62,123 nucleotides of DNA, from positions 1-62,123 of IMG/VR virus record IMGVR_UViG_3300044460_000010; one strand, 5' to 3'. A program made the position numbers and the translations under genes. Positions within the stretch are counted from its first letter, which is position 1, and the number at the start of each line of letters is the position of its first letter. The stretch is from a virus (Duplodnaviria; Caudoviricetes). Under the pieces are notes generated by a model, which saw only the letters and a program-made list of their open reading frames with translations, searched no databases and had not been told where the DNA came from. Below are positions 37,792 to 47,828 of the stretch, piece by piece.

Positions 37792-38418
37792 TCAAGAAAT
37801 CGGCACTTCTTCCCAGGTCATCCCGAAGACAACAAGGGGCGTCGAGCCAGCCGCCGACGTGCCGTGAAGCGACAGAGTGCAGCCAGGGGAGACGATGAAC
37901 TCGCCCGCGGTGTCATCGTAAACCTGCCAGGGCTGAATGGCCGTGGATGCCAGGCTCGCGCCCATTGAGCAGAACGGGCGCAAGATGGTCGGGGCTGGGA
38001 TGGTCGCCGTGGTGAACGGGCGCGCCACGGAGGAACCGCCCCCGAAGAGGCAGTTGACGGCGGTGATGGCCGTGCCCGTCGTCGCGGCGGCGGCGGGGCT
38101 GGTATTGGCGAGGTAGTGAACCACGCCCGCCCCCAGCGTGCCGGACACGTAGCCCAGAGATACCTTCAGTACAACGAGGTAGTAGCCGCTGCCGAGCGGG
38201 TTGTAGAGGCTGAATGCCGCGGTCGTGCCAATGGCGGTTCCGGGTGCGACGCCGGTCGCCGCCGTACCGCCACAGAAGACGCGGCCGCGCAACACCGCGT
38301 CCTGATAACTGCCGTGCGCGGACATCACCGCGATGGCGCGGTCGGCATCCATGCGGCCCGCGGCGTAACCCGACGAGGCGCGGGAGAACCCGACCTGATA
38401 GTTCGTCGCATCAGCCAT
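37792..38418 (-). CDS. Virion structural protein
   Basis: Ala/Thr/Gly-rich beta protein after the capsid gene. Confidence 0.55.
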   Translation of the reverse strand: MADATNYQVGFSRASSGYAAGRMDADRAIAVMSAHGSYQDAVLRGRVFCGGTAATGVAPGTAIGTTAAFSLYNPLGSGYYLVVLKVSLGYVSGTLGAGVVHYLANTSPAAAATTGTAITAVNCLFGGGSSVARPFTTATIPAPTILRPFCSMGASLASTAIQPWQVYDDTAGEFIVSPGCTLSLHGTSAAGSTPLVVFGMTWEEVPIS

Positions 38419-38430
38419 GTTGCTCGCCTC

Positions 38431-39189
38431 TCACTTCAGTTGGAAGATCCGGTAGCCTTGAACGTGCAAGATCGGGTCGTTCGTGTCGTCGGTCTGGCAT
38501 ACGAGCGAGGGGTACAGCGCGACAATCGGAACGTTCGCGGTTGCGAGTAGCGCCGTCGAAACAGACACGCCGTTGATGTATCCCTGCACACTGGTCACGC
38601 CGTCGAAGTACAGCCCAAAGCGGATGTACGTTGCTTCGGCGATGGTCACGAGTGTCTTGGTCGTGGCCGCGGCGGCCTTCGCCCCCGCCAGTGTCGCGAC
38701 GCCCGCGCCGGCCGTGGCGATGTAAAGCCCGACGTGGTTACTCGTGCTGATGGCACCCGACGCGATGATGCTGGTGTCGATTTCCGCCAGGCCGACGAAC
38801 AGTTGTACCTTGTCGAAGGTGTCAACCACCTTGAATTTCCATTCAGCCCAGATGTGCTTGCCGGCGGCGGGCACGAAGGCGGACTTCGCGCGCTGGACCT
38901 GCGCCCCCTGCCCCTGTGTTGTGCTGTTGCAGTCCAGCTCAAAGACGCCCGGCGCGGCGGTCGAGATGGCACCCGTGCCAGCGGTCGCCTGCGTGAGGAC
39001 GTAATCGCCCGTCGTGGCGGCGGCGTTGTACGAGACGAAATTTTCGTCGAGCAGAACGCCGATACTGGGATCGTGGATGTATTCCAGTAGCGGGCAACTC
39101 TTCCACAGGTTCGTCGTGAACGTGGGGTTTAGAAGCGGGTCGTAGTGCGACGTCCGCCCGTTGCCGTGTGTCAAACCCAGGGTCGGCAT
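38431..39189 (-). CDS. Virion structural protein (lectin-like beta sandwich)
   Basis: FGLYFDG...GYINGV; head operon. Confidence 0.55.
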   Translation of the reverse strand: MPTLGLTHGNGRTSHYDPLLNPTFTTNLWKSCPLLEYIHDPSIGVLLDENFVSYNAAATTGDYVLTQATAGTGAISTAAPGVFELDCNSTTQGQGAQVQRAKSAFVPAAGKHIWAEWKFKVVDTFDKVQLFVGLAEIDTSIIASGAISTSNHVGLYIATAGAGVATLAGAKAAAATTKTLVTIAEATYIRFGLYFDGVTSVQGYINGVSVSTALLATANVPIVALYPSLVCQTDDTNDPILHVQGYRIFQLK

Positions 39190-39193
39190 CGCT

Positions 39194-39403
39194 TTATTCC
39201 TTCGCGGGGAGTGGTAACGCGGTTATTTGCGGCTCGTCGAGGATGCGGAAGAACTCGCGCGACGCCGCGATTGCGCCACGGGCAGCGCCCGCCGGCTGCT
39301 TCGTGTCCGCGTTCGCACAGTACAGTTCGACGAACAGTTGCGCCGCGAGCTGCTCAATCTCGCGGGTGCGGTCCTTCGATGGCTTCTTCTGCTCGTTGGC
39401 CAC
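39194..39403 (-). CDS. Hypothetical protein
   Basis: Small ORF with AAGGA RBS. Confidence 0.5.
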   Translation of the reverse strand: MANEQKKPSKDRTREIEQLAAQLFVELYCANADTKQPAGAARGAIAASREFFRILDEPQITALPLPAKE

Positions 39404-39415
39404 GGGTCACAATCC

Positions 39416-39889
39416 TTATGCGATGGTCGTGATGGTCAAGTCCTTCTGCGGGAACCGCGGGAAGGCTCGCCAGTAGGTCACGACGCATTCATCGCCGGAA
39501 TTCGAGCAGGTAATCCGCGCCCCGACGTGCGTGAACGCGAAGCCAGCCGCGTCGCCCACTTCCTTGACCTGCGCGGCCTGACACTCCACGAACACGAAGT
39601 CGCCAACCGCATCGGCGGCGACGGTGCCGGATGACACAATCGTCGTCGCGTTGGTGCCCACGGAATCCGTTGCGCCGACGATGTCTACCAGCGTCGGACC
39701 ACTGGAGGAAGCACTGACGCTGGTCATGCAGCCCGCACCGAACCATTCGTAGTTCGCCATCGGCACGAGTCGCTTGGTCGTGCCGCCGTCGGGAGTCGTG
39801 ATCTGCGCGGATGTCGCGCCGGGATCGTGGTCGTACATGAACAGTGCGTTGTTGCTCGCCAGCCGCTGCGTGGTCACTGCCGATGCCAT
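39416..39889 (-). CDS. Head decoration-like protein
   Basis: Directly after the major capsid gene. Confidence 0.5.
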   Translation of the reverse strand: MASAVTTQRLASNNALFMYDHDPGATSAQITTPDGGTTKRLVPMANYEWFGAGCMTSVSASSSGPTLVDIVGATDSVGTNATTIVSSGTVAADAVGDFVFVECQAAQVKEVGDAAGFAFTHVGARITCSNSGDECVVTYWRAFPRFPQKDLTITTIA

Positions 39890-39925
39890 GACAAGAGCCT
39901 CGTGGAATGAGGAAGATGTTCCGTT

Positions 39926-41194
39926 TCAGGCGCGCGCGTCGAGCACGACGAACGGCGAAAGTTTGCTCGTCGAGTATGCAGGGGTCAAAGCACTTTTCCA
40001 CCACGGTGAACCTGCGTTCCTCATATAGAACTTGAAGGCCCGCTCGTGGTTGATGAACCGCACATGCATCGACTCTTCGGACTGCATCGGCTGGTAGGTG
40101 CCTTCGAGGTATTCGTTCCAGTTGGCGAGGATCAGGTCGCCCTGTGTACCGATGGGCTTGCAGTACTCCGTATAGAAGATCGGGCGGCCCGAAAGCATGT
40201 CCGGCCGACCTTCGACGAGGCTCGGGGTGTACATCGCCGCGCCCGCGGTGCCGATGGGCAACTTCAGTTCCGCGAGAGTCGGGTAGCAGTCGTGGTTGGC
40301 GAGCCAGACGGCTTTTTCGTAGCCCCAGCATCGACTCCGCATTGTGGTGACGTTGCGGAAGGTGATGGTCGCGGCGACCTGGTCGGTTTCCTTCGCGACG
40401 CTGACCGTTGGCCCCAGCCCCGCGGAGTCTAGGGCCGTCAAGATGCCCAGGAACTCACCGACGCCCGTGCCGTAGAGCCGTTCCTTGATGAGTGCGTAAG
40501 CGAACTGATCGGAGAATCCGGCTGCCAGAAGCGCGGTGAACGTGATGGCGCTGTCGCGGAGCAGGCTTTCGCTGGCGTAGCTGAAGCCGAACAGGTCATG
40601 CGCTTCAAGCGTAACCTGTTCGACCTGCATCTGGCTGGGGGTTGCCGCGACCGTGTCGGGTCGCCGCGTGACAGTCAGTCCGCCCGCCACGCTCGTCGTG
40701 TGGTTCTTGTCGGTCCTGGCATTGATCTTGACGATGGGGGATGCCATCGGGACGTTGCGCGTCTTGCCGCCGATGGGGTCGGCTTCCGGGTCGATCTTCA
40801 AGAAGTCCGGCGCGTAGGTCGTCGGAATCAGAAACCCGCCGTAGGGGTCGGAGTTCGTCCGCGCCTCGTCCGACCCGACCGCCTTCAGAACGTGTTCGCT
40901 GGGGTCGCGCCCGGCGTTGCCCGCGAACAAGGGCACAAGTCGCTTGTCCATGTTCGCGTTGGGGTTCTGTGATGCTTTCATCACCGAGAGCAAGAAATCC
41001 CGCTTGCTCTGGAAGCCGTAGGCCGGATCGGGTCGCGGCTTGGTCTGCGCCGGAATTGGTCCGTCTTGGCCGATCACGGCCGCGACGTTGCTCCCCCGCG
41101 GGTTCATTGCCTGTGACTTGAGTACGGCGGTCGCGTCCTTCAGCGCCTTGATCGCCTCGGCTGTCAGCGTACTCTCTGCGGTCGCGGAAGCCAT
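39926..41194 (-). CDS. Major capsid protein (HK97 fold)
   Basis: DPYGGFLIP, SESLLRDS, LYGTGVGEFLGIL, LSGRPIFYTEY, SPFVVL. Confidence 0.9.
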   Translation of the reverse strand: MASATAESTLTAEAIKALKDATAVLKSQAMNPRGSNVAAVIGQDGPIPAQTKPRPDPAYGFQSKRDFLLSVMKASQNPNANMDKRLVPLFAGNAGRDPSEHVLKAVGSDEARTNSDPYGGFLIPTTYAPDFLKIDPEADPIGGKTRNVPMASPIVKINARTDKNHTTSVAGGLTVTRRPDTVAATPSQMQVEQVTLEAHDLFGFSYASESLLRDSAITFTALLAAGFSDQFAYALIKERLYGTGVGEFLGILTALDSAGLGPTVSVAKETDQVAATITFRNVTTMRSRCWGYEKAVWLANHDCYPTLAELKLPIGTAGAAMYTPSLVEGRPDMLSGRPIFYTEYCKPIGTQGDLILANWNEYLEGTYQPMQSEESMHVRFINHERAFKFYMRNAGSPWWKSALTPAYSTSKLSPFVVLDARA

Positions 41195-41244
41195 ATTGCG
41201 GCTCTCCAGTTGGGTGAAATCGAGCATTCGCTCGACCGTCAAAA

Positions 41245-42582
41245 TCAGGACGCCGCCCCGGCGTGCTTCTGCCACTTTTGGAACTCACGCACGGTCGCGG
41301 CGAGTTCTTCGGATTGCGGTGGCGACTTTCGTACCTGCGGGGCTGGGCGGGGGGTGCTAAGGTCCGCTTCACGGAACCGCTTGACCTTGTCCATGTTGGC
41401 GGTGTGAACCGCCTTCAGGATCGGCTTGTAGGGACCGCGGACAGCCTTGAACGTGCCCTCTTCGTCCTCTTCCATGTCCGCGTCATCGTCCGTATCCGCG
41501 TCCGCGTCCGATTTCTTGCCCTCGCCGTCCTCTTCTTCACCGGTGTCCTCGTCCATGTCCGCGTCCGGGTCGCCGCTCAGCCGGGCGTCATGCTTGTCGG
41601 CCGCGCCCTTGACCTTGCCGGCCAGTTGCTTGGCCATCGCGCGGAACTTCTCGGCCATCTTCCGCAGTTCCGGGCTGTCGCTGGACTGCATGTCCTGCTC
41701 GTACTCGTTGCAGGCGTCCATGATAGTCTGCGCGAACTTGTACTTGGCCGATACGCCACCGAGCGCCGGGGCGTCATCCTGCATGTCGTCAACCGCGTTT
41801 TCGTTCGCGGTTGCCAGCGGGTCATCCGTTGGGGTGGGCTGCTGCTGGTACTGGTTATCCATTGCCTTTAGCCCAGCGGTGGAGACGGTGGTTCGTTTGG
41901 CGGGTGCCGGCGCGAGTGCCTTGTAGATCACCTCGCAGAGCGGCTCCCATGCGCCGCCGACCTTCACGCGCCTGTCGATCAGTATCCGCTGTAATGGGGG
42001 AACCTGCTGGCCCATGCCCTTGAGCACATTCAGCGCACCCGGATTCACGCCCCTGGCGCAGAGCGTCCAGCGCACGACGTCGGCGCGCTCGAACCGGTAG
42101 GCGTCGCGTGCTTCGAGCGGGCTTTTGCCGAGCGACTTGTAGAAGCCGTGGACGGGCTTGAATTCGAGGCTGACGGCGGGAAGCGCGTCCTGTTCGACCA
42201 GCGCGAAGACCTGTGAACTGATGCGGTCGGAGGGATTGAAGTAGCTCGTGCCGACAGGGAGGTTGTGATATTCGGGGGGCTGTCCGTCATCGGCGATGTT
42301 GAGGCTCTTCCACTCGACGGCGTAGGGCGCCCCGGGCTTGTCGAGGCTTTCCCGTGCCCACGCGACGGGACGGCCGCGGACATCGGGCGTACGGCCGTGC
42401 TCCAGATCAATCGACGGGTCGCGCTGGTGCTCGGCGAAGTTGAGCCCAGAAGGGTTCACGAAATCGCCGGCGAGGTCAGTGCAGGGGAAGGTGAGAATGG
42501 CCTTCCGCCACATGCCCGCGATACTCGTCTCCGCCTTGCGGATGAGTTGCGGGCGGGCGTAGGTGGCGCGGAAGCGTTGCAT
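41245..42582 (-). CDS. Prohead protease / scaffold fusion
   Basis: DLAGDFVNPSG, IDLEH, VSLEFKP, GVNPGAL; acidic C-terminal half. Confidence 0.7.
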   Translation of the reverse strand: MQRFRATYARPQLIRKAETSIAGMWRKAILTFPCTDLAGDFVNPSGLNFAEHQRDPSIDLEHGRTPDVRGRPVAWARESLDKPGAPYAVEWKSLNIADDGQPPEYHNLPVGTSYFNPSDRISSQVFALVEQDALPAVSLEFKPVHGFYKSLGKSPLEARDAYRFERADVVRWTLCARGVNPGALNVLKGMGQQVPPLQRILIDRRVKVGGAWEPLCEVIYKALAPAPAKRTTVSTAGLKAMDNQYQQQPTPTDDPLATANENAVDDMQDDAPALGGVSAKYKFAQTIMDACNEYEQDMQSSDSPELRKMAEKFRAMAKQLAGKVKGAADKHDARLSGDPDADMDEDTGEEEDGEGKKSDADADTDDDADMEEDEEGTFKAVRGPYKPILKAVHTANMDKVKRFREADLSTPRPAPQVRKSPPQSEELAATVREFQKWQKHAGAAS

Positions 42583-42655
42583 GCCCCGAGTATGGGGCGG
42601 GATGGGGGAACCTGCATTCTTGGGGTCGAAAGTCAGAAGGTCCAAAGTCGTAAAG

Positions 42656-42862
42656 TCAAGGACGGTCGCGGAAGTGGTCGGTCGAAAGATTGAGCGCGGT
42701 TGCCAGCGCCTGAACGGCATCCCAAGTCGGACGCCTGCCATTCTCGTAGTTGTGAATGACCTGCTTCGACAAGCCGGATTTCTCCGCGAGAGCTTGTAGG
42801 GTCAGGCCGGCATCCTTGCGGAGCCGGGCAAGGATGCCGGCAAAGGATTTAGGTTTGGACAT
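42656..42862 (-). CDS. XRE-family HTH regulator
   Basis: LRKDAGLTLQALAEKSGLSKQVIHNYENGRRPTW. Confidence 0.88.
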   Translation of the reverse strand: MSKPKSFAGILARLRKDAGLTLQALAEKSGLSKQVIHNYENGRRPTWDAVQALATALNLSTDHFRDRP

Positions 42863-45800
42863 TAGGCGTCGTGCCTCTTATCGACTTCCGCGGCCCGGGC
42901 GGCCGCGGCCGCATCGCGACTTGCGCGCTCTGCGGTTCGCTCCTGCCATCCCGCTCGCGGCCCGTCATCATAGCCGTCGGATTTCCGCTTAATATTCAGC
43001 CCGATTCGCTCGGCGCCGCGACGGATCGCGGCATCCAAGACTGGGCTTGTGCTGGCATCATGGGCGTCTTCGAGTCTGGAAATGCTGGCCCGTGGGAAGT
43101 GCTCGAATCCTGCCTGATCAGGGGTTTCCACAGCGACCGCAAGCGCCCTGTGGAATGCCTCATTGAGGGCGATGTTGGCGGGGTGGTTGGCCTGGCTTCG
43201 CTCATTCGGCGGCAGTGACTTCACCGCCTCGTGGGCTTGTTTGAATTCCGCCCACACGTCGGTGCCGGGCGACCACTCGCGAACCTTTCGCTGATGCTCG
43301 ACAGCGGCAGCCGCAGCCGCGATTGTCGCTCGTGAAGGCGTCCCGCGCTTTTCTTTCCATTTTTCGATAGCCTTCGCCTCGGCTATCTTGGCATCTTTTT
43401 CCCCAGGGAAGGAATATGCCTCCCCATCCACAGTCACTTCAAAACCGCCCTGAGGGTAATATTTTGGCAGTTTTTTCGACTTTACTTTCTTCGGTTCCAC
43501 TTTCATGCTCCCGTTTTGTGCCCCGCCACCTGCGGGCGGTATGGGAGTATTATTGTCCACAACCGTTGACGTGTCAATACCCGTTGACGGATTATTTTGG
43601 GAAGTGGGCGTGGAGCCCCGATTCGGCGTCTTCCCCACGTACACCCTTCCCCCGTTATCCAGCTGGTATTCCGGCGCTCCGGCCGCTTCGCCGTGCTCGT
43701 TGGCGATGTCCTTGCCTTGCGAACTGGGCAGCCCACGGTTGACCTTCGCCGCGTGCCCCGCGCTACGCTGTACCGCTTCCGCCAGCGTGTTCGCGGTGTG
43801 AATGAGCTTCGGTTCGACGCCGGGTGATTCGACGTGGTAGACGCCGTAGCGGTGGCCGTTGGCTTGCGCGAGTGCTTCATGGGCCGCGTCGTGACGCTGC
43901 TTGAGGTCGTTGACTTCAGCATCGAGTTTGGCGATCTTCGCGTCCAGCCGCTTCTTGCCTTTGGCATCGGCCGCGTTGTAAGCCGCGTACACCAGCGAGT
44001 TCTTGGACTGCCAGTCCTTGAGTTCGGCCGCGAGCGACTTGGCGTCATCGGCTTTCGGGGGCGGGGTTTCGCTCTCCTTCGCGGGGGCCGCTGCCGTGTC
44101 GCCGCCCTGAATCTGATCGAGGGGAACGCTCGATTGGCCGCCCGGATACGCGATGACGCCGTGCTTCACGCCGTTGACATCGTGGACGCCCCGAAAGCTG
44201 CCCACCGTGTCGCCAACGCGCACCGTGTCGCCAACGCTGTATTTGCCCCTCTCCGGTGCCATGCGCCATGTGCCATCTCGCTCCGCGTCCTTCAGTTTAT
44301 CGTTTGCAATGGAGCGGTAGTCGTCCTCTTCGTTGTCGGGGTACTCGCGCCGCAACCAGTCTATTTCGCGCGCGATAAAGTCTTCTCGCGTGGCCGGGTC
44401 CGGTTGCCCGCTCGCGCGGCTCTCATCCAGGGCCGTTGCGTGACTTACTTGGGGGGCTTCGGGCGCGGGTGCCTTTTGGGGCCGTTCTTCAGTGCCCATG
44501 CGTCCATTCGCTCCAGCATCTTCTCGCGCTGTGCCCGACACGTTCCCGGGGTCTTGCGCTTCTTGCCTTTGCTTTTCTTGCTCATGATTTTCTCCCGCGA
44601 CTACCAGTTTCATCGCCGCTTCCTTTTCTTCGTCACTGAAGCCCTGCTCTTCCATCCGCGATTCGAGCGCCTTCTGGCGCGCCCACGCCACCAGCTTCGC
44701 GCGCCGTTCATCCAGTCTGCGCGCCCCGCCGAACTTCGCTCCTGCCCCGTGGAGAAACGTGTGAACGTCGCTGAGTTCGTCGTGGGTCATCGTGGAGAGA
44801 TGCGGAATCAATGCCCGCATGTCGTCGGCGTCGAGCGCTTCGCCCTGCTGATACTGCTTGAACAGCCGCCCGCGAATGGCAATCGCCTCATCGCGGTTGG
44901 CCTTCACGCGGTCGCGTTTCTTCCTGGTCGTTTCCTTCGCCTCTCCCCTCTTGGTCAGCCCCAGGTCCGCCTTGCCGGAGAGCGCGTCTTCGAGTTTGCC
45001 CGCGTCTTCGGGTTTGACCTTCGCGCGGAGTTCCTTCGCTTTGGCGGGGTCGGTCTTCGCTTCCTGAATCGCGTCCTTGCCGATGTAGCGGCCGTCCTTG
45101 CCGCGCGGGTGTTTGCTCTCGTCGTATGCCTTGAAGTATCGCCCCAGTTTGTAGCCCTTCTCCGCGCCGACGACCTTGTCGCGCAGTTGCTTAACCACCT
45201 CCCACACGGCCTCGGTCTGCTTGGTGTACACCTCTTTTGCGTTGGCGTAGGCTTGCTCGAATTCCTGGCGGGCCGAGGTCTCTGGGTCGGTCAACACCTC
45301 GGGTTCGCCGTTCGCGGCTCTATACGCTACATAACTCGCGGCGTTTGCTAGCTTCAAATACGCTTCGCCCGTGGCCCTTTCCGCCGCGTCGAAGGCGTCC
45401 GTTAATACCCGCTTCTCTTCGGCACCAAACTGCTCCGGCGCGTCCGCTTCGAATTGAGCGAGGGCCTTTTTCTTCGCCTCGTGCCAGTGGATCTTTGCTA
45501 CCCGCCGGGCTTTCTTGCCCGCGGTCGCGGCTTCCGCTTCCGCCCGATCGGTGTCCTTATGCTCCGCGGCGCGCTTCATGGCCGCGATCATGTCGCCGCG
45601 GACGATGCCGATGTGCTCGTGTCCCTCGTGGTCGTGGAACTGCGGCGCGTCTGCGGTAAAGTTCTCCTTGGCGCTCCGGGCAACGCCTCCGAGCGGTTGC
45701 TTGCCTTCCCTCAGGAGCGATTCGAGCTTGGTACGCTCTTCGGGCGCGTTGACCTTCGCTCGCAGTTCGGCGGCTTTCTTGGGGTCGCGCGTGGCATCGC

Positions 45801-46146
45801 GGATATCTTTTGAACTGGTGAACGCCCCGTGGTCGTCACGCGGGTGCTCGCCTTCCTTCCACGCCTTCTCCACCGTGCCATCCGCAATCGCGTCCAGGTC
45901 GTCCGCGTCCAGCTCATGCAGCGCCCGCAGTCCCTCCTCCGGGTCGGTGCCGTCGAGGGCACAGGTTGCGGCATACTCCAGCCCGGCGAAGAGTAGTTCG
46001 AGTTCAGGCGGGGCGGCGACTTTATGACCTTCGACGTTATGACCTTTGACTGAGGAGAGTGATTCGCCGAACTCTTCGTAGAGGTCGTGCAACTCGTGCA
46101 GGGCGATGGCGTCAATCTTCTCGGCAGTGAGTTCGGCGTGCGGCAT
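42862..46146 (-). CDS. Large putative head-cargo polyprotein
   Basis: KAWKEGEHPRDDHGAF and KAYDESKHPRGKDGRY motifs; late promoter motif upstream. Confidence 0.7.
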   Translation of the reverse strand: MPHAELTAEKIDAIALHELHDLYEEFGESLSSVKGHNVEGHKVAAPPELELLFAGLEYAATCALDGTDPEEGLRALHELDADDLDAIADGTVEKAWKEGEHPRDDHGAFTSSKDIRDATRDPKKAAELRAKVNAPEERTKLESLLREGKQPLGGVARSAKENFTADAPQFHDHEGHEHIGIVRGDMIAAMKRAAEHKDTDRAEAEAATAGKKARRVAKIHWHEAKKKALAQFEADAPEQFGAEEKRVLTDAFDAAERATGEAYLKLANAASYVAYRAANGEPEVLTDPETSARQEFEQAYANAKEVYTKQTEAVWEVVKQLRDKVVGAEKGYKLGRYFKAYDESKHPRGKDGRYIGKDAIQEAKTDPAKAKELRAKVKPEDAGKLEDALSGKADLGLTKRGEAKETTRKKRDRVKANRDEAIAIRGRLFKQYQQGEALDADDMRALIPHLSTMTHDELSDVHTFLHGAGAKFGGARRLDERRAKLVAWARQKALESRMEEQGFSDEEKEAAMKLVVAGENHEQEKQRQEAQDPGNVSGTAREDAGANGRMGTEERPQKAPAPEAPQVSHATALDESRASGQPDPATREDFIAREIDWLRREYPDNEEDDYRSIANDKLKDAERDGTWRMAPERGKYSVGDTVRVGDTVGSFRGVHDVNGVKHGVIAYPGGQSSVPLDQIQGGDTAAAPAKESETPPPKADDAKSLAAELKDWQSKNSLVYAAYNAADAKGKKRLDAKIAKLDAEVNDLKQRHDAAHEALAQANGHRYGVYHVESPGVEPKLIHTANTLAEAVQRSAGHAAKVNRGLPSSQGKDIANEHGEAAGAPEYQLDNGGRVYVGKTPNRGSTPTSQNNPSTGIDTSTVVDNNTPIPPAGGGAQNGSMKVEPKKVKSKKLPKYYPQGGFEVTVDGEAYSFPGEKDAKIAEAKAIEKWKEKRGTPSRATIAAAAAAVEHQRKVREWSPGTDVWAEFKQAHEAVKSLPPNERSQANHPANIALNEAFHRALAVAVETPDQAGFEHFPRASISRLEDAHDASTSPVLDAAIRRGAERIGLNIKRKSDGYDDGPRAGWQERTAERASRDAAAAARAAEVDKRHDA
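43549..43577 (-). promoter_or_regulatory. Internal promoter embedded in the large ORF
   Basis: TTGACA-N17-AATAAT, repeated GTCAACGG, GGAG RBS and in-frame ATG at 43506. Confidence 0.65.
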
Positions 46147-46205
46147 GCGTGGTTCCCCTTGCCCCAAGTGTGCGGGGCGGAAGGGGAACTTGCCTTCTCC
46201 ACACA

Positions 46206-46338
46206 GACTTAGCCGCAGTTTAGCCGCACGATCAAAACCCGATCAGAACACGATCCGGAATCCATTGGAATTATTCTTAACCCTGCATTCCGTCTTATCG
46301 TGCCTTTCTAATCATGCTTTCATCGTGCGGCTAAGTCT
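46206..46338. repeat. Imperfect palindrome with internal sub-repeats (family C)
   Basis: GACTTAGCCGCA..TTAGCCGCACGAT / ATCGTGCGGCTAAGTC. Confidence 0.7.
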
Positions 46339-47159
46339 TACGATCCTCTCCCGATCCTCTCCCAGATCATGGCACGCAGGGCGCGACTGAGGGCGACTCT
46401 GGCGAGTTCGGCGGTGGGAAATAGTTTTGTGTCCCAATCGGTTCCGCTGATATAAATTTTCGGTTCGGTTTTGAGTTTATCAAATACCTCTCGCGGCAGA
46501 TTGTTCGCCAGTTCTATTGTCGCGAACGGGTTGTGAACCCAATAGCAGTAGTTCTTTCGGTCGGAATGCGTCATCTCTGATGGCACCCGGTCCGCAGGCA
46601 TCACCCCCGTGAGCGTGGGGCTGAAGTGGTCGTGCAGGTAGCGGGCGTAGTCGGTGGGTTCGTACTCAGGATTCAGGGATGGGTCGGGCGTGGTGTAAAA
46701 CGTCGGCTCGCCGGTATATACCTGATTCATGTCTGGCACCTCCACAATCTTCCGTTGCAACACGCTCCCAATCGTGGGCACGCTGACGCAAGACACGTAG
46801 CCCGCTCGCCAGGTGCAGGGGGCTTTTCCTGTGCTGGAGCAGGCTTCGCAATCGGTGCGATGGTAATCCGACTCATGACCATAGCGATTGCGTCTACCTG
46901 TACCGAAGCAGACGGCACACTCCGGCGTCCAGGTGGGGTTGGCCGCGATGATGGCGGACTCGCGTGAGGCGAGTCGTGAACGTGTGCCGGGGTTGCCCTT
47001 CGGGAGTCTCGCCAGCTCCACCTGGACGCGAATCAACTCAGCACGTGCGTTGTAACCGCTGTAGTCCAGCAAGTCCGCCAGCACAAGCCACCCATGATCG
47101 TCATTGGGGTTGGCGGCACACGCGGCGAGAAGAGCGGCTTCATCTGTGGAGGTGGTCAT
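46338..47159 (-). CDS. TIGR02996 domain protein
   Basis: DEAALLAACAANPNDDHGWLVLADLLDYSG...RAELIRVQVELAR. Confidence 0.85.
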   Translation of the reverse strand: MTTSTDEAALLAACAANPNDDHGWLVLADLLDYSGYNARAELIRVQVELARLPKGNPGTRSRLASRESAIIAANPTWTPECAVCFGTGRRNRYGHESDYHRTDCEACSSTGKAPCTWRAGYVSCVSVPTIGSVLQRKIVEVPDMNQVYTGEPTFYTTPDPSLNPEYEPTDYARYLHDHFSPTLTGVMPADRVPSEMTHSDRKNYCYWVHNPFATIELANNLPREVFDKLKTEPKIYISGTDWDTKLFPTAELARVALSRALRAMIWERIGRGS

Positions 47160-47362
47160 TGTTTACTCACCCTAACCTTGATGCCGTGGTCCTGTCCAGC
47201 CAGCATGATTTCGCCGCTGGGCAGCTTTAGCACATACATCCCATTTCTGTGCTCCACCACTTCGCCAACATACCAAGTGGTCATGTATGTTCCGAAGTTA
47301 GGGTGCCAGTATTCCCTCGCTACTTCAAGGACTGTCCCAACGGGGTGTAAATCGGTGGTCAC
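47156..47362 (-). CDS. Hypothetical protein
   Basis: Coupled ORF. Confidence 0.5.
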   Translation of the reverse strand: MTTDLHPVGTVLEVAREYWHPNFGTYMTTWYVGEVVEHRNGMYVLKLPSGEIMLAGQDHGIKVRVSKQ

Positions 47363-47534
47363 TGCTCAACTCCCCTTCTGGTCTTGCAACACACGGTGGT
47401 CAGTATCTCACCACAGCAGCCGCACTCATACCATCGACGGGTAAATGTCACGATCGACCCGTCTATCTCACGCCCCACGACAGGCGAGGTAATCAACTTA
47501 GCCCTGTGACCCAGGAGCCAACGGAGGAAGCGTT

Positions 47535-47828
47535 TCACGGCGAATCCTCTTGCCTTTGTCGGTACGCTCTACGTGCCGACTTCTTGGAAAGCCAGTCCCA
47601 ACGCACTGGCTCTGGTTGCCACTGGATGATGGGCACGTTCGTGTCGAAGATCTCGACGAAGCATTCGTCGCCCCGGAACATGATGATTGTATACCTGTCT
47701 CCTGATGGGCTGAGCCACGTCATTCCCTCGTACAACTTGGTATCTGGCGGGAACAGGTGACGTGGAATCGGGGCTGCTGTCAGGGGAGACGCGGCGAGTA
47801 GCAGGGCGAGCAGGATAGCAAGCCTCAC
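47535..47828 (-). CDS. Secreted hypothetical protein
   Basis: Signal peptide followed by APIPRHLFP. Confidence 0.55.
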   Translation of the reverse strand: MRLAILLALLLAASPLTAAPIPRHLFPPDTKLYEGMTWLSPSGDRYTIIMFRGDECFVEIFDTNVPIIQWQPEPVRWDWLSKKSARRAYRQRQEDSP

